Shown: one piece after another, positions 25,475 through 39,105 of the stretch
Position numbering within the stretch: the first letter of the stretch is position 1
Layout: every line of letters begins with the position of its first letter
NCBI GenBank assembly: GCA_001949185.1
Contig: BDGG01000011.1
Span: forward strand, 140,123-204,122
Source: Ramazzottius varieornatus
Lineage: Eukaryota; Animalia; Tardigrada
DNA length: 64,000 nucleotides
Direction: 5' to 3'
Made by a program: the position numbers and the translations under genes
The notes under the pieces: generated by a model
The model's input: the letters and a program-made list of their open reading frames with translations, nothing else
The model's database searches: none
Told to the model about the DNA's origin: nothing

Positions 25475-26361
25475 CACTGCCTACAAGAAAAAACCGACCC
25501 CCCCCCTAATCCTTCGCTCAAAAATTCATAACTTTAGACTGGACATTCTGATGTCTAACCTTCAAAGCGATCCTTAATGCTCAGTGTTTGTTCAACGCAA
25601 TCACGTGACTTTCCGAAAAGAGAATCAACGAATCAACCGGTATGATAAAGTTCGCCACCATCGAAAAAACCCTTTTTTTGGAGCAGCGTAGCACGGTCAG
25701 TCCATCGCAAAACCTTGACGCTTTGCTGTCCAAAAATGCAACAAGCATTGGGCTACCAGGTGAAGAAAAAATCAAGGCAGTCGAAGGTTTCGTCAAGGAG
25801 CAACTCGCAGCGACCTTCGCGCCATCCTGGCGTTGATGTTGGATCCAAAAACTATGAAGGGCCGTATTTTTATGTTTAGCTGGACAACTTTGTGTGGCTT
25901 GTGTAGCCTCAAACTTTTTGCGCAAAAAACAGCAGCAAATACGACATAACTTTCTATTTGGCGGATGATTTGCTGAAAACTGCAGAGTGAACGTGTAATC
26001 TCCATCGAAAATGGCGCATAGGTCGCTACAAGTCCCTCTTCGACGAAACCTTTGACTGCCTTGATTTTTTTTCCACCTGGTAGCCCAATGCTTGTTGCAT
26101 TTTTGGACAGCAATGCGTCAAGGTTTCGCGATGGACTGACCGTGCTACGCTGCTCCAAAAATAGGTTGTTTTTCGATGGTGGCGAACTTTATCATACTGG
26201 TTGATTCGTTGATTTTCTTTTTGAAAAGTCACGTGATCGCGTTGAACAAACACTGAGCATCAAGGGTCGCTTTAAAGATCAGACATCAGAATGTCCGGTC
26301 TAACGTTATGAATTTTTGAGCGAAGGATTAGGGGGGGGTCGGTTTTTTCTTGTAGGCAGTG
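25475..26361. mobile_element. Foldback-like Tc1/mariner-type MITE (887 bp) with ~350-bp inverted arms
   Basis: TA|CACTGCCTACAAGAAAAAACCGACCCCCCCCTAATCC... and its reverse complement |TA. Mirror ORFs on both strands (EQRSTVSPS..LDALLSKNATSIGLPG). Confidence 0.9.
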
Positions 26362-27770
26362 TACCATCGGCGTCGTGCTTTCATACTTCACTCAATGGAC
26401 GAAATTGTTATCGGTCGTAAAAATTCCTCCGTTATGAGTTCCGGAGCCCGTTGTAGCGACAGCGGATAGTTACTTAGACTGATATTCGAGCTACGTTCTG
26501 GCCGTTCAGACTCTCTCACGAACCTGTCACGTGACGGGTGACCAGCAGCCAAAAACGACCCATATTTCCTTGTCTTGTCTGCAGACAGTTCCCGGCTGAT
26601 TGATGGAAAAGACGACTGGTCCGTCACGTGATCTAAAAGTTTGAAGTGTCATCAACGAGGTGGAATTTAAATTATGGAAAACGGACAACGGCACCAGGAG
26701 ATGTGATGAAACAAACGAAAGGTGTGGGTGACGATGACTTATAACTGACTGTGTCTCAACTACAGATGGGATTTGCGCAAGTCGAAGTCACGTGGTTTGC
26801 CGTATTGGCTAGTAAAACTTCGTGGCACACGCTCGCTGAACTCAGAGCTGAGCCACGCTTGCACTCATCGTTCGAGTCTAGTAGATCAGGTTGACACACT
26901 GTCTTCAGCTGATCGAGTCCCAGCATGGAGACCTTGATTGGTTTTCGGTAAACAATTACCGCTTTTCGGAAATTTCAAATTTTCCTACTAGACTTTTTCC
27001 AGTACAACAGTACCTCTTCGATTCTGTTCTAATTTGCGTCATTGCCTTCTGAAATGTTTTGTTATCACTGAGAACGCAACAGGTTTACGTGTCCTCTTGT
27101 GCGATCGCCAGTTACAGTTTACCACAGGACGGCGGTTGACGCCGGACAGTCTGTGCTATCGTTTCTTCTGACATTAAGACAGCCTCTTCCGGACGGAACC
27201 TGGATATTCCGTTTCATTAAGCTCGAGAGGGAGAGATCATTGAGTACTTCTGACCCTCGTAACCCTTTCCGTAATTAAAACCGTCCCCTCAAAGCAATGT
27301 CGAATCAAATCGGGAGGACCTACGCAGGTTAATGGGTGAATGTTTTGGATACTGATCAGGCCTTCTCGGTGCGCGAGTTCACGAAGGTAGTGAGTGACGG
27401 TACAGTCGCGCAATAAAAGGATCTGTAAGCTAACAGGGTGCGCGACTCGATCGGGGGACGCATGAGTGGTATGAGTCATGCTGCGGAAGGTTCAAATCAT
27501 CAATCAGCTCCCAAAAACCCAAACGTATATGTTTCCTTGAAACTCAATTCGGCGCATATAACCGGCCTAACTATTGTCATGGACACAATTATTGGCATTC
27601 CGATTATTCTGGCGATCAATGGCGTAATCGACCCGACTAAAGTATATCAGCACAGCTTATGAACCTATGACGTCCACCAGGGGGAATAAAGGCAGCCAGT
27701 ATTCTCGAGGGCCGGAAAACCGCGTGTCTGTAGTTATATCCATGGCAATGATCAAGTTATTTACGTGTAC

Positions 27771-28802
27771 CTCTTCATATATCCCAGCCAGTGGGACACT
27801 CATGATCAAGATGCGGATGACTACAACCAGAATCTGTCCGGACTGGACGACCACAAAACCTCCAAACTGATTCTTAGAAGAGATGAAGCCAACTGTCGCG
27901 ATCACATAGCCTAGCATAGCTGTGACATCCATCCCATAAGCCGCTCCAAATAGTGGCATAAACAGCCTGTTGATGTCATGCCACAGATATCGTACGCCTT
28001 CATAGCGAGATATCAAGCTCTCCATCAAAGTATAGTTCTCCAGATTTTGGCGTTTACATTGCGACAAAGTGGCGTTTCGTAGGTGGGATTTTATCGACCG
28101 AAAAATATTGGACACAACCAGCGCTCATAAACCCAGTACGACAACGACGTGGTCCGACAAGACGTGAGCTATCATTCGGAAAGCTATCCTTAAACCGCCT
28201 TGACGCCAGATTCCCGTATAGACTTCGTCGTAAGTCATTGGCGTTGACAAGTTGAAAGTTTTGTTAGTACCTTTCCTTCCCTCCACTCTCAGCGTGTTTC
28301 CGTTGACAAATAATACGAAATCTGATATTTCCTGAATAGCGAGCAGAAGGATAAACAGCGGCAACGCCGAGTGACTCAGGCGTGTCCATCTGAGTGCCTC
28401 AAAATGCTGAAAAGCATTCGCGGCCAGGAAGTTCTGATACCGGTACGACAAACGACGAATACCGGAACCCTTCCAGAGTAACAGGATAAGAACCAAAGGA
28501 CCACGAATACTGACGCTGAACTCCGTCAATACCGAGAAAAATTAATATAAGCTGAGGAATTTTCCATCCATAAGTCGTATGATGACAGAACTGAATTCGT
28601 ATGCGCAGAAAGACCAAGAGCCCACCACATAAATCACGCCAACGGGGAAAAGTGAACAGGTCGCGGGAACCGAAAGCCATTTTCCAGATTTGAAGAACGG
28701 TTTACCACTGGTCTGCTTGCACTTCGAAAAGATGAACGGAGAGAGCAACCAAAGCTGTAACGAAAAAACTTTTTCGGGAGCTATGCGTTTTGAAACCTCC
28801 AT
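27771..28802 (-). pseudogene. Gustatory-receptor-like pseudogene (exon 1)
   Basis: Three collinear same-frame ORF pieces split by TAA (28542) and TGA (28125, Trp in paralogs). EKVFSLQ, SIRGPLVL, GLRIAFR, RYEGVR.LW.DIN and AYGMDV match the paralogs. Confidence 0.8.
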
Positions 28803-29630
28803 TTTCGCTCCAAAATGAAACTAGCCACAAGCCTTGCATACCGGGAGATATCGCGGCTGTGGTCTACCCTGGAAAGAGGGGCTCGCTGGTCGAAAATTTC
28901 ATGGGATAGAATCGCAAACGATGTGATTAACGTGAAAATCTGTAGACAGGTCACCATTATCACTTATCAGTGGTAAGCGTTCTGCCCATCGCTGTTGACA
29001 TTCTCACCGTAAAAACAGATGCTCGGGTCACAAAAAACACGTCCAGTTCGTAGAAGGCTAGAGGCGTTGCTTCAGCTCGTTTCTCTGGGATGTCGATCAG
29101 GGATTTCAGCTCTTTACCCTGTACCAGCATCAACGTTTCGGCCTTCGTTTAAAGCAAAGAGGGATCGGCCAATTTATTGAGGTGGAAGAGGTCAGCTATG
29201 CCGATCTGCGCACCTTATACTCAACAGCCAGCTGCGACAGCTCTTGCTCCTTTAGGTAAATAGAACAAATCCACCTTGTGTAAGGTAACGACACTGGGAG
29301 AGGGGTTTTTATTGTACTCCTCGATGGTTCCGTGCAATCACGTGACGTGCCTGTAAATATGACCTGAGGGGGGAAGAGAATGCGTATGCCTTTAATCAAA
29401 GATTACACCCTAGTGAAGTGTACTAGTCGGCGACAATCGAACAATCGGTGATATTAGTGCGGGTGTAATTCACGGGCACGATGATGACGTACTGCGCAGA
29501 ACCATCGAGGGACTACAGTAATGAAGTAAGTTAAATAATATCGAACGGTACCTACTCGTCTCTTTGAGATTGTGGTGAACGGAATACCGGCTCCTTCCGC
29601 CACTACTTGAACACGACATGCGATAGTGTA

Positions 29631-30806
29631 CACGTACGATAGGAGATAATGGGACAGTAAAAATTATGCGACAGGACTCTTCGCTACCGCGGTACGGAAG
29701 CACGTACGTACTCGCCTGATTCACACCAATAAACTCTTTGACTCTTCTCCACGATCGAATTTCCATTTTGCGGTCTTTTACGCCTGTCCCGTATTTTCCC
29801 GTCCTACGCATGATGGGTAATTATGGGACAGTGAAAATTATGGGACAGGCGGAAAGGACGGTAAAATGGAATCCAACCGTAGAAAAGTGTGGAGAAGTAC
29901 ATTAGTGTGAATCAGTGGAATACGTACGTACTTCCGTACCGCCGTAGCGAAAAGGCCAGTCTCATAGACCCAGTTCACGGTGATCTGCTTGGCAGGCAGA
30001 AGACATTAAAATGCCATAAAGATCGGCTGATCAAAAACCGATAATTGATCGAGCACAATTAGGGTCCAAGTCGACGGAATTTCTGGTCACGCTCCTAGCA
30101 AGCCTGGCAAGTTGCATTCTCAGTAGGCATCATTAGCGCGTAATAAACCGCGTGAACAAAATTTTTTACCAAGCGAAACTTGGCCAGCAGCCTGCTTGCC
30201 GCCTCCATCTGTGCCATATGATTGTTGCAATAATTCAATTTCTCCTGGCTTCACTCCAAAACACAAATTTCTTCATAGGGATCTCAGATGTCTCTCCTAA
30301 ATTATAAATTATAAATTATCTATCGCAGCTCCAGAAAACGCCAAGTTTATGGAAGTTTCGAAATACATAAGGGTGTGCCCGGTTTGTCTTGTGCGTCGGA
30401 AATTATTAATATTTGAAGTGCAAAAATTTCACCAAAGCACTCCTCTCTAAATTTGATCTACCGACAGCAAGATGTCCACCCGGGATTCCGCGAAGTAGAA
30501 GTGCGGAATGGACGGAAGAGCTAGCTTGCAGTTCCTGTACACGCGTACTGCTTGCTTCTCGGCTCCCTTCTGCTTTGGTCAATCTTCCTTAATTAAGCAC
30601 AAGACAGAGCTGATTGCCCTGTGTGAACGCTTTTCTTCTTGCTTACAGAAGAGCTAAGCCTGAGATTCCAAGAAAAGGAATCCTGTTCACAGACAGTCTG
30701 CTTGCCCAGTAGTCAGTTTTATGATCAAGCCGGGAGGCTGCCTGCCAAGCAATCACCGTGAACTGGCTCATAAGCTTTAGCATTCCATAGTTACCCGTCG
30801 TACGTG
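29631..30806. mobile_element. Two head-to-head short MITEs of the TATGGGACAG family, the second interrupted
   Basis: 29631-~29805 and ~29806-29966 are mutual reverse complements. The missing right TIR of the second resumes at 30770-30806 (...TTACCCGTCGTACGTG). Confidence 0.7.
29967..30769. mobile_element. 803-bp TIR element with 3-bp TSD (PIF/Harbinger-like), nested in a MITE
   Basis: TIR GA(C/G)CCAGTTCACGGTGAT(C)TGCTTGGCAGGCAG at both ends. ATA on both flanks. Confidence 0.75.
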
Positions 30807-32315
30807 TGTGAGAAAAGCTTTTTTAGACGATAAATATCCAACGGTCGACATCACATAACCTAACATGGTAATGACGTCGGCCGAGTATATTTGCATCAAA
30901 TATCCGTATGAACACATTGTTGATGTTGAAGTAACGAAGCCTGTACGGCATCACGCACTTGCCAGCACCCATCGACTGCTGACCGGCTGATGTTGCTCTT
31001 ATTAGTGTCTCACAACTCATGCCCAAGGAAGCGCTCACCATCAACGCTCAAACACAGAGCATCACGGTGTAAAGCCTTACATAAGGGTATCTGTATACCT
31101 GATGCCGGGGAAACTTATAACCAGAGAACAGGAGTTCGGGAGAGAGGTTCGTTAGACCGAAAGCTACACCGTTCTCAAAACCTTCTACCCTTGAGTTCCC
31201 TCTTTCTGAAAACTTTTGGGAAAACTCAAGTTTTGTGCCTACACGCTGACAAGGCACTTTAGAGCTACAGTATGAGTCAGTGAATCATATGAGGCTTTAC
31301 AACGACCACCTGATCCGCTAGGTTGTATGGAGCATCGCGAAAGACAAGACTTAGACCCACGGTACGCCACAGTATTGTTAACAGGTCCTTGACGATCAGT
31401 GAATCATTCAATACGGGACTCTGGTTCAGCATCGCCTTTGCCGATGTCGCATCTGTATATCAAACGATACTTGCCCGACCGGGACCATCTGGCAGGACCA
31501 ACAGTACAAGCAGACTGCTCGCCTGGGGCTCCCCCAAATTTGCGATTGCGTTGGAGCTTGGTTCGACAACGTTCGTCATAAGAACAGTGGAAACCTCGAA
31601 ACCTAATATAAGGATCTTTAACTAGTAAATTTTCCAACCGGAAGTAAACTTTTTCAATATTTCTCTCGATCGTTTACCCGAGTCTTCGTTAGGTTTAGTT
31701 ATGGGTTCTTCCGTTGATGGGAGGCCGGCAAACGATCTCGGGATTATTGTCATTCGAAGTCGCGCAGGGCCAGCAATAAAGAGAACTACGCCAGTTGGTA
31801 ACTGAGATGACGATCATCCCGAAACCCTTATGACTACCGCCTTTCTCGGTTTCCTTAAGGTGTGGTAGTGCATTAAGCTGTACAGTAGTACAGCGGCTGT
31901 ACCATGTCAAAAGACCGAGATCGTACAGTAAATGGGAGGACATTTCCAACATAGCGCTTTGCGAAATGGATATTGTCGCCCATCTTACAACGTGAGCGTA
32001 TAAATTTTCTGGTAGATGCGTTTAGTCGACCATGAGCACGACGTAAGACAAATACGTACGCACAGCAGCGTAAATGTTATAGTGATACTTGCTGACGAGT
32101 TAGAGCTCCTTGTAATTTGCACTAATGGAATCAAGAAGGGAAAATATGCATACTGTTGCACAGGGCACCGCTTGCTATATCCACCAGGGAGATAGTTAAG
32201 CTGGATAGTGTCAGTGGGTCCGTTCGAGTTGACTATTGTCAACGGGTCCGTTGGAGCTCCCACCTAGAGCGTCTTTTCTTTGACGCTACAGTCGTCTGCT
32301 AGCGAAGAAGGTAAA

Positions 32316-35227
32316 CTAGCGGTCGAAAAGCTCCAGCGACAGTACGGACAATGTCGCTATTAACAAGAACGTCTGCAAGCATAAATAAGAGGTATTCGTA
32401 TCATATGTTTGCCTTCTACAAATCAAAGACTCCTAATCATCGTGGTACGGTAGCGGCTCTAAACCTTACCGCAAAGACGGAGGTTCTGGTCACATGAAAC
32501 AGCTCGAACATCTGGAAGGACAGTGGGGTACCTTGCGCTCTTCGGTCCATGTTTCCGATCAAGGTTTTCAACGCGCGACCCTGTACGATGAATCAAACGA
32601 CTGTGACTAAACTACTGGACGAAGTATCATTTCGTTCTTGATGCCAGTTTCTGTAAACGAAAAATGCTTACCACAGGAGACATCATGACGCTTGCAGGTT
32701 GCTTCACCTTCACTCGGAGTATCTGCTGCGACAGCGCTACGTCCTGCAGAAAGACAAACTTCATACAAAATCGAAGCATGTATTGTAGTGTACTTTCTCC
32801 TAATCTCCGTACGTCGTTCGAACGATCTTCAGAAACACGGCATGGTAAGGCCGCGGTGTACGACGACAGTTGCCAGCTGTGTCGTCGTAGACCCAGTCAA
32901 GTATAGAGAATAAATCGTAGGAGCGCCTGAATTTCGCTTTACAAGAGTAATCACACGTTAGGTTCACAGATTCACGTTGAGAATGACGTCATGAAATGAC
33001 ACAGATGGGGAGCTGAATGCTTGCTTCGCTTAAGCTCTGTTTCATCTACCGATGGGTGGTACTTTTAGCCTCCTGGCCAACCCATCCAACATTTTTTTGG
33101 ATTCTTTTACGGCCATACTTCTTAGTCCGCGAGGCGGGTCAACTTGACCGTTTTAGAAAGTTAAGATCAGCTTTCGATCATCCCGCTACGGGGGAAGATC
33201 AACTGACAGAATCTCTGACCCTCAGTATGTACAATCCTCCACACAGTCGTACGCGTGAATCCGTCCCGGGTAGTGAGCACGCGGCAGACCAGTCAATCAA
33301 CGGTCAGCTGTCAATCAGTCGAGCATGAATGTGCAGTATCACACACGGTTAGCCCAGCGTGTCATTGATTACCTGATTATGTACCCATGGCGCAAATCGA
33401 AAAAAATTGTACGGATTTCGACGAGCTGATTGTATTTTGTGAAAGTCGCGAATGGTCACCCGGTACGGACTCTCTGTAGTCTGAGAAACGGATTTTCTTC
33501 AACGGAGAAAAAGTAGAACCCCTTTCCGTTCGATTTTCATTGGTTGAGATCTTCTAAGATAAAAATAAAGATTAACGCTAAAAGATCTCACGGGCCCGGT
33601 AAGAGGTTTGAAGGGTAAGGTATCAAACCGGATCATGCGTATTAAGTTGGTGGCAACCGGTAACAAGTTCGAATATTTTTCCACAACTTGTTGAGGTAGG
33701 TAACCAAAACTCCAACCTCCGACAAGGTGACCAGTATGCCGGCTACAAACGCGACAATACAGCAGTGCGCTTTTTGACAGGCCTGCAGCGGCGGAAATGG
33801 TGGCCGGTCAATCGCCACTTGATCACTTCATCGAAGACATGTGTTACACAGTCCAGCCGCTCGAAATGTGTACAAAATTTTCTGATTTTGAAGCATGAAA
33901 TCAGTCAAATTGAACTATACTGCCTGCCATTTCCACACGGTCGGATACCTGCCAGTTGATTACCTGATTGCACCAATTACAGCACGGTGTTCTGCATGTG
34001 TTATGTATGTGTTATGTAATTCTGGCCTTGAGCTTGGCATGCTGTGCGGTGAATTTTTGGCAGGATTTTAATTGAAACCAAAAACCTTTCTACGCATGTC
34101 GAGCGACTGGACTGTAGTATCATGGACAGCATCTCCAGCAGTCTGCCATTCAGCTGTTTCAAATAGTGGCTCAGACTGCTTCATTTTTGTCAACGATACC
34201 TTCTCCAGTGACGTACCTTCTCGTGTACTATCATCAGTGGAAGGGTCATTACGACAATTCGAACGCCGACGACAACAGCCTGACAACAGTAAATAATCAC
34301 AATCGCTTTGTTTTCAATCCGGCCTTCTTTTAGAGACACAAAGCCAAACGTCGACATTACACTTCCCAGCATGGCCATCACATCGATGCCATATGCGACG
34401 CTGAACAGTAGCATAAAAGTTCGATTGATATCAAGCCAGAGATCGCGCACTTCCTCATAGCGAGATATGAACATCTCCGCCAGGTCACACTGTTCTAGTA
34501 AACTACGGTGCTTGGAGCCGATTGCTTTCAACTGTCTGCTGATGGATTCCAGCTGCTCACTCACAACCAAAGCCCATAGACCGAGTATTACGATCGCCTG
34601 ATCGGACCAAAAATGTGAAAACCAACGGAAAGCTACTCGTAAACCGGCTTCGAACCAAAATCTCTGCGCGGTGTTTTCAAGTATTATGGTACGATTGGAT
34701 GCGGCTGTTGTGTAGTTTGATTCCGGTACTGCTAAGTCCAGCCCATATACAGAAATCGGCATTTCTTGAAGCGTCAGCAACAAGATGAACAAAGGCAACG
34801 CCCATCGACTTAAAAGTATCCATTTCTCGATAGCAGGCCCAATTTCGACGATATTTCTTTCCACGGAATCAGACTCTGACAGACGTCGAACACGCGGAAA
34901 CGTAAAAACTAAAACCGATAGAACAAGCGGTCCACGTATACTGACGCAATTATTTGAGAGATGAGCAATGAAGTGGAGTAAGTTGATTTTGATGGTAAAG
35001 ACGTCGACAAGAACGGTAAACTCATACGTCCACGAAGACCATGCTCCTACTATATAAGCTAAACCCAGTATAAACAACAACCACGTAATACTGAAGATAA
35101 GAAACGGCTTGTATTTCAAACCCGTAAAACGCTTGGGTCTGGGCACTGAGAACGGACGCAGTACCATAAACTGCAACGCAAAAACCTTTTCAAAGGATGC
35201 AGCATTGGAAAAACCCATTTTGGGCAT
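32316..35227 (-). CDS. Gustatory-receptor-like (7tm_7) protein, intact, 416 aa; exons 35227-34217, 32743-32672, 32580-32470, 32372-32316
   Basis: Long multi-TM first exon plus three short phase-0 3' exons, the typical GR architecture. Ends PLSFQMFELFHVTRTSVFA|TFLLIATLSVLSLELFDR, a variant of TYhhhhhQF. Confidence 0.8.
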
Positions 35228-35402
35228 TTCAAAAGTTTATGCATCAGAGAGGAACACCCACGAACTTTTATGGGCAACTGCATGGTTAAAGCAAACCCAT
35301 GAATTAGGGAACAAAAACACCCGTCTGCGACATCAGTGTTCACGACGGGGGATTTCACCGGAAATATCAATACCTCTGAGCCCGCGACTCGGTGGGACAT
35401 GG

Positions 35403-35660
35403 TCAATGATCAAAGAACTCCAGAGAGCCGACAGTAAACGTTGCAGCTAGGGGTGAAAGTCTGTAGACAGCAAAACATGCAGGGACAGAGTATTCCTCTT
35501 TAGACAATTCATTTGACAATTCCCAGTGTGTATTCCCTTACCGTCAGAACCGAAGCTCCGGTAAAGAACAACGCGTCGATACCTGGAAGGATAATGGAGA
35601 TGCCTTTGCTCGACGATCTAGGATGGCCATTAGGGACTACAGTTCGCTGCCGTGGGCACG
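35403..35660 (-). pseudogene. Orphan last two exons of another GR-like gene
   Basis: SLMAILDRRAKASPLSFQ...GASVLT|GTAAG, then CAG|TFT..AATFTVGSLEFFDH*. Contains a stop and frameshifts. Confidence 0.6.
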
Positions 35661-36028
35661 TTCGTAGTTTAGTTTTCCCCAAATAAGCGCAATGCTATAG
35701 CTCGTCAAAATAACACCTCACGGAGGCTGACGAGAGGTTCGTCAGACGTGGTTTTCAGACTACATAGTAATCTAGATCAACATGTCCTCTACATGCTAGC
35801 CAAAAGAACCGATATGGTATCTCTTGTGGTTCTCGAGATACAAATTCTCAAAGTTGGTTGGGTCTACCCGGAAGTAGTCTGACTGTCATCTTTGGGACAG
35901 AGTGACCGGGGCAGCTGGTCTGTGGACGCTGTCTTTCAGGCGGCGCGCTTTCTCGCTCGACTCGATACAGTTTAGCCAGACCAAAGAGCCATCAAAGAGA
36001 GCAAGATGAGCCGACTTGCAGGCAACAA

Positions 36029-39000
36029 TAGACCTGAGAAAAGTGTGATTAAGTGTGGTGTGGTGTTTTTCGGTTCGGTGCTTCTCCACACCGAAACTGG
36101 GTTTTCGGTGCGAAAGCCACACGACTTTTTCCGGTGTGGTGTGGATCGGGCACCACTCTTTCGGTGCACCACACCAAACCAAATCGAAAAACCGAAAAAC
36201 GTTTCAAAGAGCGAATTCACAATTTATTAATCCGTCATCGACAAATCGAACTGCGCTGTAGGAAACTCAAAATAATACCAAGAATACCAACACATCGAAA
36301 CTTGCACGGTCGTACTATCTAGTGATCTTCTAGGCTTGGTAAAGACCTTACCAACACGCGAAAACCATCACTCAGAGGGGACCGAAGAAGCGCAAACAGC
36401 CATAAAGTCAATCGCCATTTTTGACAAGACAGGGAAAACATTACGTCGGGATTTCCACCATTTCAGGACGTCGCACTTCGGTTCCGCTGAGCTTACAAGA
36501 TAACTATCGACTTTATTCTGTTGGGCAGTCGACCCGTTAGTGATCTTTCTCAGGAAAGAGTCGCGAAGAGATGTAGGCTTTAATTGACTAACGGTGACAT
36601 TTTCCGGAATTCCGATATTTTGATCCGAGTAAAGACCGACGTATTTCTTCAACACCTCCGTGGCTTGTAATTTCTTTCGTGGGCTTGCGAAGGCATTTGT
36701 TTTGACACAAGGATCCAGAAGAAGGGCAACGATTTCGACTTCCTGCTGCCAGCTATCCAGTTCGACCGACGTCAGCTTGGTTTCCATGTTCTCTGCTGTC
36801 TTCTTGATGTAGGGTTCCTATAACGAAGTTCCGTGATAGAAAACGCCACCAAACCGAATGCAGAAATTATTCTCACCTCGCTCGGGTCGTCTTGCACGGC
36901 CTTAAGAGAAAATCAATTAATCTGATGGAAGAGCAGTCTCGGTTCGTACGTCAGTATTTTGGTGACTAATACTAGTGTGATTCTCATTTCGATTTCGGAA
37001 TTCTGTTAGAGCAGAATGAAAACTAAACACGAATAGTAACATATTCAAACCACGGTATACAAATACCAGGAAACTTTCATTACGAACCGGAAGAAGCTCT
37101 TCTATCAGTTAACTAATTTTACCTTGAAGTGGTCGTGAAGGATAGCCAGGCACTGCTTGCCGAGATGGAAAGTGGGAGACTTCGAGGCCGAACAGTCGTT
37201 TATGGCTTCTTCCAATGGACTCAGAAAACGTATCAAGCGGCTCACGTCATCCCATTCAGAATCTTTCAGTAGGTTCTTCTTGAACGTGGTGGTACGGTAC
37301 GTAGCCGCGAAACTTTTCCAGGTGGTGCCTCGCCTCAAAAGCACTCCGTATTGGCAAAGTGCTATTCCATTTTGTGGAGACATCCAAGGGTAACCTGAGA
37401 TGTCTTTCCTTGTCTCTGTCTTTTTCCGACTCTCGCAATGCGATGTACTGTTTCTTTGCTTTCGGCTTCGTATGAACTTGACCATCTCACGTACCCGACT
37501 AACCAGCCTGAAGTCATCCTCAATGCCAACTTCCGCCACGTTGTTCATCACATGACAGACGCACCGTCTCCGGAATTCCGACACTGCAGAGCAGATTCAT
37601 AAGCGACAATCGTTCGCAAAAATTAAGCTGTTTTAATCTCCGAATTCAGAAATGGACTTCCAAGAATGGATTTGTGATTAAAAACCTTCAGTAGTCCCGT
37701 TCAGGCTCTGTCTCTCAAGTTGAGGTCCGGTTTCATGTCGTTGAAGAAAGCTTTCATGTTCACGGCCCCATCCATAGTCCAGGCGAACATCTTGTGCGCG
37801 GTACCGTGGTCTCTCAGGATTGACATGACTTCTTCTTTCAGGACTTCTCCAGTGTGCTCGGCTGGTAGGCTAACAAACCCGAGCAGTAACTCCTGTAACT
37901 CGAACCCTGAAGTCACCCAGTGTGCCGTAAGCCCCAGATATCCTTCCTGAGCCACAGAAGTCCACGGATCTAACGTCAATGAGATTCGTCCAGGTACGTT
38001 AGCTAGCTCAGCTTTCACCTACAATCAACAATCAAAATTCTGAAGTCGAGAAATATGATGGTAGTCTTGCAAGATTAGCTTTACCTTCTGCCTATACTTT
38101 TCGAAGTCGGCGCACAGGCAAGCTTTGAGAGTGAACCTGCTCGGTACTTCACAAAGACGATTCAGAGCTTGGGCAAGTTCTCTGAATTCAGGATAGTCCA
38201 CAAGGGCGAAGAGTAGATTTCACCTGTAATGAGTCGTTTGAAGCGATCGTCAATCGCTTGTTGCTCCTTAGGGCTCAGCTTTGGATCTACGGGTTGGAAC
38301 GCTTTGGGTACTGCTGCTGATTTTGAGCTGGTGGAATTCGTGGTTCTGCCGTCGGCTTTCTCCCATTCAGTTAGGTGACAAGACTTGGTATGGGCAGTCA
38401 GCATCGAGCTCGAGTTGGTTTCGGCGTAAGTCTGAGTGCACTTGCCAAACCCACATCTGAACTTCTTCGCTTTCTCGTCCAGATTCCAATACCTGTAGAT
38501 GGGCGCTCGGCGTTTCACTTCATTGGCGGCTCTTACTCTTGACTGTCGAAGTCGGTGAACCTAGAGAAGTTGGCGGCGAAGTCGCAGCGGCAATCTCCAT
38601 CGGCACATCGTCCAGTTCACCTTCGTCCATTTCGCGACGTACAGCATTCCTTTCTTCGCTCTCCGCACGAATCTGTTCCAGCTCCTGGTTAAACGTCAGC
38701 CTGTTTCCAAACATGACAGCTATCTGAATTCAGAAAGAACGAACAGAGCCGTCGAAAGATGGCAAGATGTAATACAGACGAATTCGGAAGAAAACATTCC
38801 AAACAGGTAGATTTTCGCAGCTTAAACAATCAACAGTTAGTCGAATCAACCACGGGGCGAAACAGCGAGTTTGCGATACTCATCTGGCCCAAGCTAGCTG
38901 ACTAGCTCATTAAATCTGGTGCACCAAAAGTTTTTCGGTTTGGTGTGATGTGGTGTTCCTAGACACCGAAACGGCAAATTCGGTGTGACTCGGACACCAA

Positions 39001-39105
39001 TTTTTCGATTTGGTGTTTCAAGCACACCGAAACCAAAAAGAGTGGTTCTTTTCGGTGTGGTGTGGTGTGGTGTGGTGTGGTGAAACCACACCATCCTCAG
39101 GTCTA
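36029..39105 (-). mobile_element. Full-length hAT transposon (3077 bp) with decayed BED-finger transposase
   Basis: TIR TAGACCTGAG/CTCAGGTCTA with perfect 8-bp TSD GGCAACAA. Subterminal TGGTG/TTCGGTG arrays. BED finger, LTLDPWTS, TMDGAVNM, RCVCH, DVSTKWNS and LKWWK..ASSVPSE then stop. Several frameshifts. Confidence 0.92.

Larger units (their letters stand above)
28781..32050 (-). pseudogene. Gustatory-receptor-like pseudogene broken by nested MITEs
   Basis: Remnants LWRTVGLSLVFR..LADQVVVV (~31390-31300) and YSADVITMLGYVMSTVGYLSSKK (~30890-30820). Penultimate exon GKELKSLI..FFVTRASVFT (~29118-29008). Last exon IFTLITSFAILSHEIFDQR (from ~28939). Confidence 0.65.

Noticed and set aside
25581-26253. 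Paired similar ORFs on opposite strands
   Set aside because: They are by-products of a palindromic MITE and show no protein motifs.
31695-31952. Cadherin-like NDNNPE motif
   Set aside because: Isolated match inside a decayed GR-like exon, with no other cadherin motifs.
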